DNA of 64,000 nucleotides, taken from contig JAZQNG010000064.1 in NCBI GenBank assembly GCA_045627205.1, forward strand, positions 2,573 through 66,572. Direction: 5' to 3'. Below the pieces are notes generated by a model. It did not search any database. It had not been told where the DNA came from and worked only from the letters and a program-made list of their open reading frames with translations. Origin of the DNA: Lachnospiraceae bacterium (GTDB lineage Bacteria > Bacillota > Clostridia > Lachnospirales > Lachnospiraceae). The translations under genes and the position numbers were made by a program. This document shows positions 61,483 through 64,000 of the stretch, in pieces; position 1 is the stretch's first letter, and the number at the start of each line of letters is the position of its first letter.

Positions 61483-64000
61483 ATGCGTCAGTTATCGAGA
61501 AATATTATAAAGAATCTTTCAGCAAGTGACATTATATATTCAAGAGGCGTACAGCACTACAGGAACGGAGATATCAAAAACATATCAGTAGTCAAATCCA
61601 CCGGTCAGATCAGGATTTTGGTCAAGGATGTATTTGAATATACCGTATTGGTAAACGATTCTCCAAATGGTGAAATAACCTATTCCTGCAATTGTGCACA
61701 GTCAGTACGTGAGAAGGACAAGGGAGCCTGTAAGCATGTTGCAGCAGGTCTTTTTGCACTTCTGAAAACACAGGAAAAGGAAAAAATGTCGAAGCAGCCT
61801 ACGCCTGAGGACAGACGTGCCTGCTCTGTTCTTGACTATTTCCAGGCTCAGGAGGATCTGAATTATCAGAAGGAGGTATTTCATATTGAGCCTATCCTGA
61901 CAGTACCTGAACTTCTTGGAACACCTGATTCAAGAGCCTATCTTTCAATCCGTGCAGGCCGTGATAAGCTTTATAAGGTCCAGTCACTAAAAAAATTTGT
62001 CATGGACTATATTAAACAGCTAGATATAACCTTAGGCAAGGAATTTACCTTTGTTTGTCTGGAAAGTGAATTTGATAAATCCTCGCAGAATATTCTCGAT
62101 TTTATTTTAGAGGTTTATCAGATTGCCGGTATGGATGAGAATATTGATACAAAACAGATTTTTCAGAAATCAAATCTTGTGCTTACCCAGCCGCTTCTTT
62201 TGAAATTCCTGAAATTAATCGGCAAAAACACGCTTACCTTAAGTCTTTTTAATAAGACATATGAAAATATACGTGTATTTAAGTCAAACCCTAATATTAA
62301 ATACGACCTTGATATCGTTGAGGATACAATTCTTCTTGATTACCGCGATAAGGAGGCAGTATTACCCTTAACCAGAAATGGTGACCTTATATATTATAAC
62401 GGTGCAATTTTTCTGCCCAATCCTCAGTTTAAGCGTAATTATGCACCCTTCTTCAATGCACTTGGAAGAGACAAGCCTGCGCTTCTTTTCAGAGGCGAGA
62501 ATAAAAAACGCTTTTTGGAGGAGCTGCTGCCTAAAATAGGTGACAGTATGGATATCGAAATCCCTGAGGAGCTGCAGGACAGATATCTTGACCTTGAATT
62601 AAAATCGGCTGTTTATTTTGATAAGTATGATTCCGGAATAAAGGCAGAGCTGCATTTTATTTACGGAGATTTTGAATTCAGCAGCTTTAGTAATCCCGAT
62701 TCAGACTATTACATTATCCTACGTAAAAAGGAGGAAGAGGATAAGCTTCGTGAATGTCTTGAAAACTATGGCTTTGAAGCACACAACAGCTTTTATCTTC
62801 TGAAAAGTGAATCGGCAATTTATGATTTCCTGCTTAGTGATAAATTCGACCTTATTAATATGGCAGAACTGTATTATTCAGAGGATTTTAAAAAGCTTAA
62901 GATAAAATCGGGCGGTAATTTTAACATTGGTCTTCGTGTAAGCAGTAAAATGGATCTGCTTGAAATGAGCTTTGATTTTGAAAATATGAGCAGTGAGGAG
63001 CTGAAGAACCTTTTCAGGTCCTTAAAGGTCCGTAAAAAATATTACAGGATGCAGGATGGCAGCTTTATTAATCTGCTCGACGGTGATATGGAAAAGCTGT
63101 CTGATATTCTTGACAATCTTGGTGTTACATCAAAGAATATCGAGGACACGGGAATTGTTTTAAATAAGAGTAATGCTTTTTATCTCGATGATGCCCTTGA
63201 AAAAAGCGGTTTTGTTGTAAACAGGAATAAGGACTTTATCGAACTGATAGATAAGATTAAAAATGCAAGCAATCAGGAGTATGAGCTTCCTGACTGCATT
63301 AATGCAGAGCTGAGAGGCTATCAGAAGACCGGGTACAGATGGATGATGACTCTGGCTTCCAACTGTCTTGGCGGAATTCTTGCTGATGATATGGGTCTTG
63401 GTAAAACGCTTCAGGCAATTTGCTATATTGCCGGTGCGAAGAAAAATGCAATGGGAGATGAATCAAGGCATTTTCTGATTGTTTGTCCAAGCTCGATTAT
63501 TTATAACTGGATGGATGAAATCGCAAATTTTGCACCTGATCTATCCTGCTATGTTGTTGTAGGTAATCCTCAGGAACGTAAGGCAATAATTGAAGCATAT
63601 GAAAATTATGATATCCTTATAACTTCCTATCCGCTAATGAGAAGGGATGTCCAGTTCTACAGGAAAATAAAGTTTAATACCATATTCCTTGATGAGGCAC
63701 AGTTTATTAAAAATGCAGCATCCTTAAATGCACAAAGCGTTAAGATGCTTGTTGCAGAGCATAGATTTGCCCTTACGGGTACCCCTATTGAAAATTCACT
63801 TTCTGAGCTCTGGTCGATTTTTGATTTTATTATGCCTAATTTCCTCATGACTCATACGAGATTTACGGTAAGATATGAAAAGCCGATTGTTAACGGAGAC
63901 GAGCAGGCAATTGCAAGTCTTTCCGTAAGAATCCGTCCTTTTATTATGCGAAGGATGAAGAAGGAGGTTTTAAACGATCTGCCTGATAAGCTTGAGGACA
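61483..64000 (+). CDS. SWIM zinc finger / SNF2-family helicase, N-terminal ~839 aa (3' end lies outside the window)
   Basis: Not present in the supplied ORF track. I translated it by hand: in-frame TGA at 61465-61467, ATG at 61483, and no stop through base 64000. The SWIM motif is YSCNCAQSVREKDKGACKHV. SNF2 motif I is LADDMGLGKT, motif II is FLDEAQFIKN, and motif III is ALTGTPIEN. Confidence 0.9.
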   Translation, partial: MRQLSRNIIKNLSASDIIYSRGVQHYRNGDIKNISVVKSTGQIRILVKDVFEYTVLVNDSPNGEITYSCNCAQSVREKDKGACKHVAAGLFALLKTQEKEKMSKQPTPEDRRACSVLDYFQAQEDLNYQKEVFHIEPILTVPELLGTPDSRAYLSIRAGRDKLYKVQSLKKFVMDYIKQLDITLGKEFTFVCLESEFDKSSQNILDFILEVYQIAGMDENIDTKQIFQKSNLVLTQPLLLKFLKLIGKNTLTLSLFNKTYENIRVFKSNPNIKYDLDIVEDTILLDYRDKEAVLPLTRNGDLIYYNGAIFLPNPQFKRNYAPFFNALGRDKPALLFRGENKKRFLEELLPKIGDSMDIEIPEELQDRYLDLELKSAVYFDKYDSGIKAELHFIYGDFEFSSFSNPDSDYYIILRKKEEEDKLRECLENYGFEAHNSFYLLKSESAIYDFLLSDKFDLINMAELYYSEDFKKLKIKSGGNFNIGLRVSSKMDLLEMSFDFENMSSEELKNLFRSLKVRKKYYRMQDGSFINLLDGDMEKLSDILDNLGVTSKNIEDTGIVLNKSNAFYLDDALEKSGFVVNRNKDFIELIDKIKNASNQEYELPDCINAELRGYQKTGYRWMMTLASNCLGGILADDMGLGKTLQAICYIAGAKKNAMGDESRHFLIVCPSSIIYNWMDEIANFAPDLSCYVVVGNPQERKAIIEAYENYDILITSYPLMRRDVQFYRKIKFNTIFLDEAQFIKNAASLNAQSVKMLVAEHRFALTGTPIENSLSELWSIFDFIMPNFLMTHTRFTVRYEKPIVNGDEQAIASLSVRIRPFIMRRMKKEVLNDLPDKLED

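Overview
This is a 64-kb chromosomal segment that looks like a Firmicutes/Clostridia genome. That inference rests on gene content and Bacillus-like synteny (yhaO-yhaN, yeaC-yeaD-yebA, yrzL-yrrK-yrzB-yrrL-yrrM-yrrO types); no database was searched. From left to right the window holds: the 3' end of a tyrosine integrase; an LMW phosphotyrosine phosphatase, a MATE exporter and an AraC regulator; queT; an SbcD-like nuclease with an SMC-like ATPase; tRNA-Leu(CAG); and a MoxR/DUF58/transglutaminase triad. Next comes a 4.8-kb islet of membrane and low-complexity proteins, followed by tRNA-Leu with an unusual AAG anticodon. After that: small regulators; a very acidic 831-aa repeat protein; NUDIX; a sugar ABC importer whose binding-protein gene carries an in-frame TAG; an MCP; and a degenerate-GGDEF/EAL protein with an unassigned C-terminal domain. 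The right side holds gdhA, an AT-rich two-gene islet, a GH3 beta-glucosidase with a two-component system, and ackA-pta. It ends with a long housekeeping run rich in RNA-modification genes (prmA, rsmE, cysteine desulfurase-thiI, mtaB, ruvX, rnj, O-methyltransferase, U32) and a SWIM/SNF2 helicase that runs off the right edge and is missing from the supplied ORF track. I found no CRISPR array, transposase, rRNA or recognisable defence system, and no multi-gene cluster I can defend as a new system. The signals most worth a second look are non-coding. They include three related intergenic tandem-repeat arrays within the first 9 kb, two dispersed hairpin repeat families, and the A34 tRNA-Leu. The in-frame amber codon and several unusual protein architectures also merit follow-up. 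All coordinates and folds were worked out by hand and need computational confirmation.
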